Origin: Malacoraja senta
Taxonomy: Eukaryota
Assembly (NCBI GenBank): GCA_038087875.1
Contig: JAXLNO010000453.1
Location: forward strand, 1 to 54,953
Direction: 5' to 3'
Length of the DNA: 54,953 nt
The notes under the pieces were generated by a model. The model saw only the letters and a program-made list of their open reading frames with translations. It did not search any database and was not told the origin of the DNA. Below, one piece after another: positions 24,601 through 39,359 of this stretch. The translations under genes were made by a program, and so were the position numbers. Each line of letters starts with the position of its first letter. Position 1 is the stretch's first letter.

Positions 24601-27600
24601 GAAAAGGCAAAAGGTTTCTTTTGAAAATACAAATAGTGGTTTGCTTTGAAGGGCAAATGGTGGTTTGCTTTGAAAAAGCAAAAGGTGGTTTGCTTTAAAA
24701 ATGCAAAAGGTGGTTTGCTTTGAAAATGCAAAAGGTGGCTTGCTTTTAAAATGCAAAATGTGGTTTGGATTGAAAATGCAAAAGGCGGTTTGCTTTGAAA
24801 TTGCAAAAAGTGGTTTGCTTTGAAAATGCAAATGGTGGTTTGCTTTGAAAATGCAAAATGTCGTTTGTTTTGAAAATGCAAAAGGAGGTTTGCTTTGAAA
24901 ATGCAAAAGTTGGTTTGCTGGTTTGCATTGAAAATACAAACGGTGGTTTGCTTTGAAAATGCAAAAGGTGGTGTGCTTTGAAAATGCAAAAGGTGGTTTG
25001 CTTTAAAAATGCAAAAGGTGGTTTGCTTTGAAAATGCAAAAGGTGGTTTGCTTTAAAAATGCTATAGGTGGTTTGCTTTCAAAATGCAAAAAGTGGTTTG
25101 CATTGAAAATGCAAAAGGTGGTTTGCTTTGAAAATGCAAAAAGTGGTTTGCTTTGAAAATGGAAAAGGTGTTTTGCTTTGAAAATGCAAAAAGGTTTGCT
25201 TTAAAAATGCAGTAGATGGTTTGCTTTGAAAATGGAAAAGATGGTTTGCTTTGAAAATGTAAAAGGTGGTTTGCTTTGAAATTGCAAAAAGTGGTTTGCT
25301 TTGCAAATGCAATAGGTGGTTTGCTTTTAAAATGCAAAAGGTGGTTTGCGTTAAAAATGCAAATGGTGGTTTGCTTTGAAAATGTAAAAGGTGGTTTGTT
25401 TTGAAAATGCAAATGTGGTTTGGTATAAAAATGCCAAAACGTGGTTTGCTTTGGAAATGCAAAAGTTGGTTTGCTTTGAAAATGCAAAAGGTGGTTTGCT
25501 TTGAAATTGCAAAAAGTGGTTTGCTTTCAAAATGGAAATGGTGGTTTGCTTTGAAAATGCAAAAGGTGGTTTGCTATAAAATGCCAAAAGGCGGATTGCT
25601 TTGAAAATGCAAAATGTGGTTTGCTTTGAAAATGCAAAATGTCGTTTGTTTTGAAAATGCAAAAGGTGGTTTGATTTGAAAATGCAAAATGTGGTGTGCT
25701 TTGAAAATGCAAAAGGTGGTTTGCTTTAAAAATGCAGTAGATGGTTTGCTTTGAAAATGGAAAAGGTGGTTTGCTTTGAAAATGTAAAAGGTGGTTTGCT
25801 TTGTAAATGCAAAAGGTCGTTTGCTTTGAAAATGAAAAAGGTGGTTTGCTTTGAAAATGCAAATGGTGGTTTGCTTTGAAAATGCAAAAGGTGGTTTGCT
25901 ATAACATGCCAAAAGGCTGTTTGCTCTGAAAATGCAAAATGTGGTTTGCTTTGAAAATGCAAAATGTGGTTTGCTATAACATGTCAAAAGGCGGTTTGCT
26001 CTGAAAATGCAAAATATGGTTTGCTTTGAAAATGCAAAAGGTGGTTGGCCTTTAAAATGCAAAAGGTGGTTTGCTTTGAAAATGCAAATTGTGGTTTGCT
26101 TTGAAAATGTAAAAGGTGGTTTGCTTTGAAAATGGAAAAGGTGGTTTGCTGGTTTGAATTGAAAATGCAAAAGCTGCTTTTTAATGGAAATGCAAAAGGT
26201 GGTTTGCTTTGAAAATCCAAAAGATGGTTTGCTTAGAAAATGCCAAAGGTGGTTTGCTTTGAAAATGCAAAAGGTGGTTTGCTTTGAAAATGCAAAATGT
26301 GGTTTTCTTTGAAAATGCAAAAGGTGGTTTGCTTTGAAAATGCAAAATATCGTTCGCTTTGAAAATGAAAAAGGTGGTTTGCTTTGAAAATGCAAAAGGT
26401 ATGCTTTGAAAATGCAAACAGTGGTTTGCTTTGAAGGTCAAATGGTGGTTTGCTTTGAAAAAGCAAAAGGTGGTTGCTTTGAAGATGCAAACGGTGGTTT
26501 GCTTTGAAAATGCAAAGGGTGGTTTGCTTTTAAAATGCAAAAGGTGGTTTCCTATAAAAACGCCCAAAGGAGGTTTGCTTTGAAAAGGCAAAATGTGGTT
26601 TGCTTTGAAAATGCAAAAGGTCGTTTGTTTTGAAAATGCAAAAGGTGGATTGCTACGAAAATGCAAAAGTTAGTTTGCTGGTCTGCATTGACAATGCAAA
26701 AGGTGGTTTGCTTTGAAAATTCAAAAGGTGGTTTGCTTTGAAAATGCAAAAGGTGGTTTGCTTTGAAAATGCATAATGAGGTTTTCTTTGAAAATGCAAA
26801 AGGTGGTTTGCTTTGAAAATGCAAAAGGTGGTTTGCTTTGAAAATGAAAAAGGTGGTTTGCTTTGAAAATGCAAAAGGTGGTTTGCTTTGAAATTGCAAA
26901 AGATGGTTTGCTTTGAAAATGCAAAAAGGTTTGCTTCAAAAAAGCAGTAGATTGTTTGCTTTGATAATGGAAAAGATGGTTTCGTTTGAAAATGCAAAAC
27001 GTGGTTTGCTTCGAAAATGCAAAAAGGTTTGCTTTAAAAATGCAGTAGATGGTTTGCTTTGAAAATGGAAAAGGTGGTTTGCATTGAAAATGCAAAAGGT
27101 GGTTTGATTTGAAATTGCAAAAAAGTGGTGTGCTTTGAAAATGCAAAAGGTGGTTTGCTTGGAAAATACAAAAGGTGGTTTGCTTGGAAAATGCAAAAGG
27201 TGGTTTGCTTTGAAAATGCAAAAGGTGGCTTGCTTTTAAAATGCAAAATGTGGTTTGGATTGAAAATGCAAAAGGCGGTTTTGCTTTGAAATTGCAAAAA
27301 GTGGTTTGCTTTGAAAATGCAAATGGTGGTTTGCTTTGAAAATGCAAAATGTCGTTTGTTTTGAAAATGCAAAAGGAGGTTTGCTTTGAAAATGCAAAAG
27401 ATGGTTTGCTGGTTTGCATTGAAAATGCAAACGGTGGTTTGCTTTGAAAATGCAAAAGGTGGTGTGCTTTGAAAATGCAAAAGGTGGTTTGCTTTAAAAA
27501 TGCAAAAGGTGGTTTGCTTTGAAAATGCAAAAGGTGGTTTGCTTTAAAAATGCTATAGGTGGTTTGCTTTCAAAATGCAAAAAGTGGTTTGCATTAAAAA

Positions 27601-30600
27601 TGCAAAAGGTGGTTTGCTTTGAAAATGCAAAAAGTGGTTTGCTTTGAAAATGGAAAAGGTGTTTTGCTTTGAAAATGCAAAAAGGTTTGCTTTAAAAATG
27701 CAGTAGATGGTTTGCTTTGAAAATGGAAAAGATGGTTTGCTTTGAAAATGCAAAAGGTGGTTTGCTTTGAAATTGCAAAAAGTGGTTTGCTTTGAAATGC
27801 AAAAGGTGGTTTGCTTTTAAAATGCAAAAGGTGGTTTGGATTGAAAATGCAAAAGGCGGTTTTGCTTTGAAATTGCAAAAAGTGGTTTGCTTTGAAAATG
27901 CAAATGGTAGTTTGCTTTGAAAATGCAAAATGTCGTTTGTTTTGAAAATGCAAAAGGAGGTTTGCTTTGAAAATGCAAAAGATGGTTTGCTGGTTTGCAT
28001 TGAAAATGCAAACGGTGGTTTGCTTTGAAAATGCAAAAGGTGGTGTGCTTTGAAAATGCAAAAGGTGGTTTGCTTTAAAAATGCAAAAGGTGGTTTGCTT
28101 TGAAAATGCAAAAGGTGGTTTGCTTTAAAAATGCTATAGGTGGTTTGCTTTCAAAATGCAAAAAGTGGTTTGCATTAAAAATGCAAAAGGTGGTTTGCTT
28201 TGAAAATGCAAAAAGTGGTTTGCTTTGAAAATGGAAAAGGTGTTTTGCTTTGAAAATGCAAAAAGGTTTGCTTTAAAAATGCAGTAGATGGTTTGCTTTG
28301 AAAATGGAAAAGATGGTTTGCTTTGAAAATGCAAAAGGTGGTTTGCTTTGAAATTGCAAAAAGTGGTTTGCTTTGAAATGCAAAAGGTGGTTTGCTTTTA
28401 AAATGCAAAAGGTGGTTTGCTTTAAAAATGCAAATGGTGGTTTGCTTTGAAAATGTAAAAGGTGGTTTGTTTTGAAAATGCAAAAGGTGGTTTGGTATAA
28501 AAATGCCAAAACGTGGTTTGCTTTGGAAATGCAAAAGCTGGTTTGCTTTGAAAATGCAAAAGGTGGTTTGCTTTGAAATTGCAAAAAGTGGTTTGCTTTC
28601 AAAATGGAAATGGTGGTTTGCTTTGAAAATGCAAAAGGTGGTTTGCTATCAAATGCCAAAAGGCGGATTGCTTTGAAAATGCAAAATGTGGTTTGCTTTG
28701 AAAATGCAAAATGTCGTTTGTTTTGAAAATGCAAAACGTGGTTTGATTTGTAAATGCAAAAGTTGGTTTGCTGGTTTGCATTGAAAATGGAAAAGGTGGT
28801 TTGCTTTGAAAATGTAAAAGGTGGTTTGCTTTGAAAATGCAAAAGGTCGTTTGCTTTGAAAATGAAAAAGGTGGTTTGCTTGGAAAATGCAAATGGTGGT
28901 TTGCTTTGAAAATGCAAAAGGTGATTTGCTATAACATGCCAAAAGGCTGTTTGCTCTGAAAATGCAAAATGTTGTTTGCTTTGAAAATGCAAAATGTGGT
29001 TTGCTATAACATGCCAAAAGGCGGTTTGCTCTGAAAATGCAAAATGTGGTTTGCTTTGAAAATGCAAAAGGTGGTTGGCCTTTAAAATGCAAAAGGTGGT
29101 TTGCTTTGAAAATGCAAATTGTGGTTTGCTTTGAATATGTAAAAGGTGGTTTGCTTTGAAAATGCAAAAGGTGGTTTGCTGGTTTGAATTGAAAATGCAA
29201 AAGCTGCTTTTTAATGGAAATGCAAAAGGTGGTTTGCTTTGAAAATCCAAAAGATGGTTTGCTTAGAAAATGCAAAAGGTGGTTTGCTTTGAAAATGCAA
29301 AAGGTGGTTTGATTTGAAATTACAAAAGGTGGTTTGCTTTGAAAATGCAAAAGGTGGTTTGCTTTTAAAATGCAAAAGGTGGTTTCCAATAAAAACGCCC
29401 AAAGGAGGTTTGCTTTGAAAAGGCAAAATGTGGTTTGCTTTGAAAATGTAAAAGGTCGTTTGTTTTGAAAATGCAAAAGGTGGATTGCTACGAAAATGCA
29501 AAAGTTAGTTTGCTGGTCTGCATTGACAATGCAAAAGGTGGTTTGCTTTGAAAATGCAAAAGGTGGTGTGCTTTGAAAATGGAAAAGGTGTTTTGCTTTG
29601 AAAATGCAAAAGGTGGTTTGATTTGAAATTACATAAAAGTGGTTTGCTTTGAAAATGCAAAAGGTGGTTTGCTTTCGAAATACAAAAGGTGGTTTGCTTT
29701 GAAAATGCAAAAGATCGTTTGCTTTGAAAATGCAAAAGGTCGTTTGCTTTGAAAATGCAAAAGGTGGTTTGCTGGTTTGCATTGAAAATGCAAAAGCTGC
29801 TTTTAAATGGAAATGCAAAAGGAGGTTTGATATGAAAATGCAAAATATGGTATGCTTTGAAAATGCAAAAGGGGGTTTGCTTTGAAAATGCAAAAGGAGG
29901 TTTGCTTTGAAAATGCATAATGAGGTTTTCTTTGAAAATGCAAAAGGTGGTTTGCTTTGAAAATGCAAAAGGTTGTTTGCTTTGAAAATGAAAAAGGTGG
30001 TTTGCTTTGAAAATGCAAAAGGTGGTTTGCTTTGAAATTGCAAAAGATGGTTTGCTTTGAAATTGCAAAAAGGTTTGCTTCAAAAAAGCAGTAGATGGTT
30101 TGCTTTGATAATGGAAAAGATGGTTTCGTTTGAAAATGCAAAACGTGGTTTGCTTCGAAAATGCAAAAAGGTTTGCTTTAAAAATGCAGTAGATGGTTTG
30201 CTTTGAAAATGGAAAAGGTGGTTTGCTTTGAAAATGCAAAAGGTGGTTTGATTTGAAATTGCAAAAAAGTGGTGTGCTTTGAAAATGCAAAAGGTGGTTT
30301 GCTTTGAAAATACAAAAGGTGGTTTGCTTGGAAAATGCAAAAAGGTTGTTTGCTTTGAAAATGCAAAAGGTGGGGTGCTTTGAAAATGCAAATGGTTGTT
30401 TGCTTTAAAAATGCAAAATGTGGTTTGCTTTGAAAATGCAAAAGGTGGTTTGCTTTGAAAATGAAAAAGGTAGTTTGCTTTGGAAATGCAAAAGGTTTGC
30501 TTTGAAAATGCAAAGGGTTTACTTTGAAAAGGCAAAAGGTTTGCTTTGAAAATACAAATAGTGGTTTGCTTTGAAGGGCAAATGGTGGTTTGCTTTGAAA

Positions 30601-33600
30601 AAAGCAAAAGGTGGTTTGCTTGGAAAATGCAAAAGGTGGTTTGCTTTGAAAATGCAAAAGGTGGCTTGCTTTTAAAATGCAAAATGTGGTTTGGATTGAA
30701 AATGCAAAAGGCGGTTTGGCTTTGAAATTGCAAAAAGTGGTTTGCTTTGAAAATGCAAATGGTGGTTTGCTTTGAAAATGCAAAATGTCGTTTGTTTTGA
30801 AAATGCAAAAGGAGGTTTGCTTTGAAAATGCAAAAGATGGTTTGCTGGTTTGCATTGAAAATGCAAACGGTGGTTTGCTTTGAAAATGCAAAAGGTGGTG
30901 TGCTTTGAAAATGCAAAAGGTGGTTTGCTTTAAAAATGCAAAAGGTGGTTTGCTTTGAAAATGCAAAAGGTGGTTTGCTTTAAAAATGCTATAGGTGGTT
31001 TGCTTTCAAAATGCAAAAAGTGGTTTACATTAAAAATGCAAAAGGTGGTTTGCTTTGAAAATGCAAAAAGTGGTTTGCTTTGAAAATGGAAAAGGTGTTT
31101 TGCTTTGAAAATGCAAAAAGGTTTGCTTTAAAAATGCAGTAGATGGTTTGCTTTGAAAATGGAAAAGATGGTTTGCTTTGAAAATGCAAAAGGTGGTTTG
31201 CTTTGAAATTGCAAAAAGTGGTTTGCTTTGCAAATGCAAAAGGTGGTTTGCTTTTAAAATGCAAAAGGTGGTTTGCTTTAAAAATGCAAATGGTGGTTTG
31301 CTTTGAAAATGTAAAAGGTGGATTGTTTTGAAAATGCAAAAGGTGGTTTGGTATAAAAATGCCAAAACTTGGTTTGCTTTGGAAATGCAAAAGCTGGTTT
31401 GCTTTGAAAATGCAAAAGGTGGTTTGCTTTGAAATTGTAAAAAGTGGTTTGCTTTCAAAATGGAAATGGTGGTTTGCTTTGAAAATGCAAAAGGTGGTTT
31501 GCTATAAAATGCCAAAAGGCGGATTTCTTTGAAAATGCAAAATGTGGTTTGCTTTGAAAATGCAAAATGTCGTTTGTTTTGAAAATGCAAAAGGTGGTTT
31601 GATTTGAAAATGCAAAAGTTGGTTTGCTGGTTTGCATTGAAAATGCAAAGGGTGGTTTGATTTGAAAATGCAAAATGTGGTGTGCTTTGAAAATGCAAAA
31701 GATGGTTTGCTGTGAAAATGCAAAATGTGGTTTTCTTTGAAAATTGCAAAAGGTGGTTTGCTTTGAAAATGTAAAAGGTGGTTTGCGTTGAAAATGAAAA
31801 AGGTAGTTTGCTTAGGAAATGCAAAAGGTTTGCTTTGAAAATGCAAAGGGTTTACTTTGAAAAGGCAAAAGGTTTGCTTTGAAAATACAAATAGTGGTTT
31901 GCTTTGATGGGCAAATGGTGGTTTGCTTTGAAAATGCAGTAGATGGTTTGCTGTGAAAATGGAAAAGGTGGTTTGCTTTGAAAATGTAAAAGGTGGTTTG
32001 CTTTGAAAATGCAAAAGGTCGTTTGCTTTGAAAATGAAAAAGGTGGTTTGCTTGGAAAATGCAAATGGTGGTTTGCTTTGAAAATGCAAAAGGTGATTTG
32101 CTATAACATGCCAAAAGGCTGTTTGCTCTGAAAATGCAAAATGTGGTTTGCTTTGAAAATGCAAAATGTGGTTTGCCATAACATGCCAAAAGGCGGTTTG
32201 CTCTGAAAATGCAAAATGTGGTTTGCTTTGAAAATGCAAAAGGTGGTTGGCCTTTAAAATGCAAAAGGTGGTTTGCTTTGAAAATGCAAATTGTGGTTTG
32301 CTTTGAAAATGTAAAAGGTGGTTTGCTTTGAAAATGCAAAAGGTGGTTTGCTGGTTTGAATTGAAAATGCAAAAGCTGCTTTTTAATGGAAATGCAAAAG
32401 GTGGTTTGCTTTGAAAATCCAAAAGATGGTTTGCTTAGAAAATGTAAAAGGTGGTTTGCTTTGAAAATGCAAAAGGTGGTTTGCTTTGAAAATGCCAAAT
32501 GTGGTTTTCTTTGAAAATGCAAAAGGTATGCTTTGAAAATGCAAACAGTGGTTTGCTTTGAAGGTCAAATGGTGGTTTGCTTTGAAAAAGCAAAAGGTGG
32601 TTGCTTTGAAGATGCAAACGGAGGTTTTCTTTGAAAATGCAAAAGGTGGTTTGCTTTGAAAATGCAAAAGGTTGTTTGCTTTGAAAATGAAAAAGGTGGT
32701 TTGCTTTGAAAATGCAAAAGGTGGTTTGCTTTGAAATTGCAAAAGATGGTTTGCTTTGAAAATGCAAAAAGGTTTGCTTCAAAAAAGCAGGAGATGGTTT
32801 GCTTTGATAATGGAAAAGATGGTTTCGTTTGAAAATGCAAAACGTGGTTTGCTTCGAAAATGCAAAAAGGTTTGCTTTAAAAATGCAGTAGATGGTTTGC
32901 TTTGAAAATGCAAAAGGTGGTTTGCTTTGAAAATACAAAAGGTGGTTTGCTTGGAAAATGCAAAAGGTTGTTTGCTTTGAAAATGCAAAAGGTGGGGTGC
33001 TTTGAAAATGCAAATGGTTGTTTGCTTTAAAAATTCAAAATGTGGTTTGCTTTGAAAATGCAAAAGATGGTTTGCTTTGAAAATGAAAAAGGTAGTTTGC
33101 TTTGGAAATGCAAAAGGTTTGCTTTGAAAATGCAAAGGGTTTACTTTGAAAAGGCAAAAGGTTTGCTTTGAAAATACAAATAGTGGTTTGCTTTGAAGGG
33201 CAAATGGTGGTTTGCTTTGAAAAAAGCAAAAGGTGGTTTGCTTTAAAAATGCAAAAGGTGGTTTGCTTTGAAAATGCAAAAGGTGGCTTGCTTTTAAAAT
33301 GCAAAATGTGGTTTGGATTGAAAATGCAAAAGGCGGTTTGGCTTTGAAATTGCAAAAAGTGGTTTGCTTTGAAAATGCAAATGGTGGTTTGCTTTGAAAA
33401 TGCAAAATGTCGTTTGTTTTGAAAATGCAAAAGGAGGTTTGCTTTGAAAATGCAAAAGATGGTTTGCTGGTTTGCATTGAAAATGCAAACGGTGGTTTGC
33501 TTTGAAAATGCAAAAGGTGGTGTGCTTTGAAAATGCAAAAGGTGGTTTGCTTTAAAAATGCAAAAGGTGGTTTGCTTTGAAAATGCAAAAGGTGGTTTGC

Positions 33601-36600
33601 TTTAAAAATGCTATAGGTGGTTTGCTTTCAAAATGCAAAAAGTGGTTTACATTAAAAATGCAAAAGGTGGTTTGCTTTGAAAATGCAAAAAGTGGTTTGC
33701 TTTGAAAATGGAAAAGGTGTTTTGCTTTGAAAATGCAAAAAGGTTTGCTTTAAAAATGCAGTAGATGGTTTGCTTTGAAAATGGAAAATATGGTTTGCTT
33801 TGAAAATGCAAAAGGTGGTTTGCTTTGAAATTGCAAAAAGTGGTTTGCTTTGCAAATGCAAAAGGTGGTTTGCTTTTAAAATGCAAAAGGTGGTTTGCTT
33901 TAAAAATGCAAATGGTGGTTTGCTTTGAAAATGTAAAAGGTGGATTGTTTTGAAAATGCAAAAGGTGGTTTGGTATAAAAATGCCAAAACTTGGTTTGCT
34001 TTGGAAATGCAAAAGCTGGTTTGCTTTGAAAATGCAAAAGGTGGTTTGCTTTGAAATTGTAAAAAGTGGTTTGCTTTCAAAATGGAAATGGTGGTTTGCT
34101 TTGAAAATGCAAAAGGTGGTTTGCTATAAAATGCCAAAAGGCGGATTGCTTTGAAAATGCAAAATGTGGTTTGCTTTGAAAATGCAACATGTCGTTTGTT
34201 TTGAAAATGCAAAAGGTGGTTTGATTTGAAAATGCAAAAGTTGGTTTGCTGGTTTGCATTGAAAATGCAAAAGGTGGTTTGATTTGAAAATGCAAAATGT
34301 GGTGTGCTTTGAAAATGCAAAAGATGGTTTGCTGTGAAAATGCAAAATGTGGTTTTCTTTGAAAATTGCAAAAGGTGGTTTGCTTTGAAAATGCAAAAGG
34401 TGGTTTGCGTTGAAAATGAAAAAGGTAGTTTGCTTTGGAAATGCAAAAGGTTTGCTTTGAAAATGCAAAGGGTTTACTTTGAAAAGGCAAAAGGTTTGCT
34501 TTGAAAATACAAATAGTGGTTTGCTTTGATGGGCAAATGGTGGTTTGCTTTGAAAATGCAGTAGATGGTTTGCTGTGAAAATGGAAAAGGTGGTTTGCTT
34601 TGAAAATGTAAAAGGTGGTTTGCTTTGAAAATGCAAAAGGTCGTTTGCTTTGAAAATGAAAAAGGTGGTTTGCTTGGAAAATGCAAATGGTGGTTTGCTT
34701 TGAAAATGCAAAAGGTGATTTGCTATAACATGCCAAAAGGCTGTTTGCTCTGAAAATGCAAAATGTGGTTTGCTTTGAAAATGCAAAATGTGGTTTGCTA
34801 TAACATGCCAAAAGGCGGTTTGCTCTGAAAATGCAAAATGTGGTTTGCTTTGAAAATGCAAAAGGTGGTTGGCCTTTAAAATGCAAAAGGTGGTTTGCTT
34901 TGAAAATGCAAATTGTGGTTTGCTTTGAAAATGTAAAAGGTGGTTTGCTTTGAAAATGCAAAAGGTGGTTTGCTGGTTTGAATGGAAATGCAAAAGCTGC
35001 TTTTTAATGGAAATGCAAAAGGTGGTTTGCTTTGAAAATCCAAAAGATGGTTTGCTTAGAAAATGCAAAAGGTGGTTTGCTTTGAAAATGCAAAAGGTGG
35101 TTTGCTTTGAAAATGCCAAATGTGGTTTTCTTTGAAAATGCAAAAGGTGGTTTGCTTTGAAAATGCAAAATGTCGTTTGCTTTGAAAATGAAAAAGGTGG
35201 TTTGCTTTGAAAATGCAAAAGGTATGCTTTGAAAATGCAAACAGTGGTTTGCTTTGAAGGTCAAATGGTGGTTTGCTTTGAAAAAGCAAAAGGTGGTTGC
35301 TTTGAAGATGCAAACGGTGGTTTGCTTTGAAAATGCAAAGGGTGGTTTGCTTTTAAAATGCAAACGGTGGTTTCCTATAAAAACGCCCAAAGGAGGTTTG
35401 CTTTGAAAAGGCAAAATGTGGTTTGCTTTGAAAATGCAAAAGGTCGTTTGTTTTGAAAATGCAAAAGGTGGTTTGCTACGAAAATGCCAAATGTGGTTTT
35501 CTTTGAAAATGCAAAAGGTGGTTTGCTTTGAAAATGCAAAATGTCGTTTGCTTTGAAAATGAAAAAGGTGGTTTGCTTTGAAAATGCAAAAGGTATGCTT
35601 TGAAAATGCAAACAGTGGTTTGCTTTGAAGGTCAAATGGTGGTTTGCTTTGAAAAAGCAAAAGGTGGTTGCTTTGAAGATGCAAACGGTGGTTTGCTTTG
35701 AAAATGCAAAGGGTGGTTTGCTTTTAAAATGCAAACGGTGGTTTCCTATAAAAACGCCCAAAGGAGGTTTGCTTTGAAAAGGCAAAATGTGGTTTGCTTT
35801 GAAAATGCAAACGGTCGTTTGTTTTGAAAATGCAAAAGGTGGTTTGCTACGAAAGTGCAAAAGTTAGTTTGCTGGTCTGCATTGACAATGCAAAAGGTGG
35901 TTTGCTTTGAAAATGCAAAAGGTGGTGTGCTTTGAAAATGGAAAAGGTGTTTTGCTTTGAAAATGCAAAAGGTGGTTTGCTTTGAAATTACAAAAGGTTG
36001 TTTGCTTTGAAAATGCAAAAGGTGGTTTGCTTTGAAAATGCAAAAAGGTTTGCTTTGAAAATGCAAAAGGTGGTTTGTTTGAAAATGTAAAAGGTGTTTT
36101 GCTTTGAAAATGCAAAAGGTGGTCTGCTTTGAAAATGTAAAAGGTGGTTTGCTTTGAAAATGCAAAAAGGTTTGCTTTAGAAATGCAGTAGATGGTTTGC
36201 TTTGAAAATGGAAAAGATGGTTTCCTTTGAAAATGCAAAACGTGGTTTGCTTTGAAAATGCCAAAAGGTTTGCTTTAAAAATGCAGTAGATGGTTTGCTT
36301 TGAAAATGGAAAAGGTGGTTTGCTTTGAAAATGCAAAAGGTGGTTTGATTTGAAATTACAAAAGATCGTTTGCTTTGAAAATGCAAAAGATCGTTTGCTT
36401 TGAAAATGCAAAAGATCGTTTGCTTTGAAAATGCAAAAGGTCGTTTGCTTTGAAAATGCAAAAGGTGGTTTGCTGGTTTGCATTGAAAATGCAAAAGCTG
36501 CTTTTTAATGGAAATGCAAAAGGAGGTTTGATTTGAAAATGCAAAATATGGTATGCTTTGAAAATGCAAAAGGTGGTTTGCTTTGAAAATGCAAAAGGTG

Positions 36601-39359
36601 GTTTGCTTTGAAAATGCATAATGAGGTTTTCTTTGAATATGCAAAAGGTGGTTTGCTTTGAAAATGCAAAAGGTGGTTTGCTTTGAAAATGAAAAAGGTG
36701 GCTTTCTTTTAATATGCAAATGGTGGTTTGCTTTGAAAATGCAAAAGGTGGTTTGCCTTTAAAATGGAAAAGGTGGTTTGCTTTGAAAATGCAAATGGTT
36801 GTTTGCTTTGAAAATGTAAAAGGTGGTTTGCTTTGAAAATGCAAAAGATGGTTTGCTGTGAAAATGCAAAATGTTGTTTTCTTTGAAAATTGCAAAAGGT
36901 GGTTTGCTTTGAAAATGCAAAAGGTGGTTTGCTTTGAAAATGAAAAAGGTAGTTTGCTTTGGAAATGCAAAAGGTTTGCTTTGAAAATGCAAAGGGTTTA
37001 CTTTGAAAAGGCAAAAGGTTTGCTTTGAAAATACAAATAGTGGTTTGCTTTGAAGGGCAAATGGTGGTTTGCTTTGAAAAAGCAAAAGGTGGTTTGCTTT
37101 AAAAATGCAAAAGGTGGTTTGCTTTGAAAATGCAAAAGGTGGCTTGCTTTTAAAATGCAAAATGTGGTTTGGATTGAAAATGCAAAAGGCGGTTTTGCTT
37201 TGAAATTGCAAAAAGTGGTTTGCTTTGAAAATGCAAATGGTGGTTTGCTTTGAAAATGCAAAATGTCGTTTGCTTTGAAAATGCAAAAGATGGTTTGCTG
37301 GTTTGCATTGAAAATGCAAACGGTGGTTTGCTTTGAAAATGCAAAAGGTGGTGTGCTTTGAAAATGCAAAAGGTGGTTTGCTTTAAAAATGCAAAAGGTG
37401 GTTTGCTTTGAAAATGCAAAAGGTGGTTTGCTTTAAAAATGCTATAGGTGGTTTGCTTTCAAAATGCAAAAAGTGGTTTGCATTGAAAATGCAAAATGTG
37501 GGTTGCTTTGAAAATGCAAAAAGTGGTTTGCTTTGAAAATGGAAAAGGTGTTTTGCTTTGAAAATGCAAAAAGGTTTGCTTTAAAAATGCAGTAGATGGT
37601 TTGCTTTGAAAATGGAAAAGATGGTTTGCTTTGAAAATGCAAAAGGTGGTTTGCTTTGAAATTGCAAAAAGTGGTTTGCTTTGCAAATGCAAAAGGTGGT
37701 TTGCTTTTAAAATGCAAAAGGTGGTTTGCTTTAAAAATGCAAATGGTGGTTTGCTTTGAAAATGTAAAAGGTGGTTTGTTTTGAAAATGCAAAAGGTGGT
37801 TTCGTATAAAAATGCCAAAACGTGGTTTGCTTTGGAAATGCAAAAGCTGGTTTGCTTTGAAAATGCAAAAGGTGGTTTGCTTTGAAATTCCAAAAAGTGG
37901 TTTGCTTTCAAAATGGAAATGGTGGTTTGCTTTGAAAATGCAAAAGGTGGTTTGCTATAAAATGCCAAAAGGCGGATTGCTTTGAAAATGCAAAATGTGG
38001 TTTGCTTTGAAAATGCAAAATGTCGTTTGTTTTGAAAATGCAAAAGGTGGTTTGATTTGAAAATGCAAAAGTTGGTTTGCTGGTTTGCATTGAAAATGCA
38101 AAAGGTGGTTTGATTTGAAAATGCAAAATGTGGTGTGCTTTGAAAATGCAAAGGATGGTTTGCTGTGAAAATCCAAAATGTGGTTTTCTTTGAAAATTGC
38201 AAAAGGTGGTTTGCTTTGAAAATGCAAAAGGTGGTTTGCTTTGAAAATGAAAAAGGTAGTTTGCTTTGGAAATGCAAAAGTTTTGCTTTGAAAATGCAAA
38301 GGGTTTACTTTGAAAAGGCAAAAGGTTTGCTTTGAAAATACAAATAGTGGTTTGCTTTGATGGGCAAATGGTGGTTTGCTTTGAAAAAGCAAAAGGTGGT
38401 TTGCTTTAAAAAGCAAAAGGTGGTTTGCTTTGAAAATGCAAAAGGTGGCTTGCTTTTAAAATGCAAAATGTGGTTCGGATTGAAAATGGAAAAGGCGGTT
38501 TTGCTTTGAAATTGCAAAAAGTGGTTTGCTTTGAAAATGCAAATGGTGGTTTGCTTTGAAAATGAAAAATGTCGTTTGTTTTGAAAATGCAAAAGGAGGT
38601 TTGCTTTGAAAATGCAAAAGTTGGTTTGCTGGTTTGCATTGAAAATGCAAACGGTGGTTTGCTTTGAAAATGCAAAAGGTGGTGTGCTTTGAAAATGCAA
38701 AAGGTGGTTTGCTTTAAAAATGCCAAAGGTGGTTTGCTTTGAAAATGCAAAAGGTGGTTTGCTTTAAAAATGCTATAGGTGGTTTGCTTTCAAAATGCAA
38801 AAAGTGGTTTGCATTGAAAATGCAAAAGGTGGTTTGCATTGCAAATGCAAAAAGTGGTTTGCTTTGAAAATGGAAAAGGTGTTTTGCATTGAAAATGCAA
38901 AAAGGTTTGCTTTAAAAATGCAGTAGATGGTTTGCTTTGAAAATGGAAAAGATGGTTTGCTTTGAAAATGCAAAAGGTGGTTTGCTTTGAAATTGTAAAA
39001 AGTGGTTTGCTTTGCAAATGCAAAAGGTGGTTTGCTTTTAAAATGCAAAAGGTGGTTTGCATTAAAAATGCAAATGGTGGTTTGCTTTGAAAATGTAAAA
39101 GGTGGTTTGTTTTGAAAATGCAAAAGGTGGTTTAGTATAAAAATGCCAAAACGTGGTTTGCTTTGGAAATGCAAAAGTTGGTTTGCTTTGAAAATGCAAA
39201 AGGTGGTTTGCTTTGAAATTGCAAAAAGTGGTTTGCTTTCAAAATGGAAATGGTGGTTTGCTTTGAAAATGCAAAAGGTGGTTTGCTATAAAATGCCAAA
39301 AGGCGGATTGCTTTGAAAATGCAAAATGTGGTTTGCTTTGAAAATGCAAAATGTCGTTT

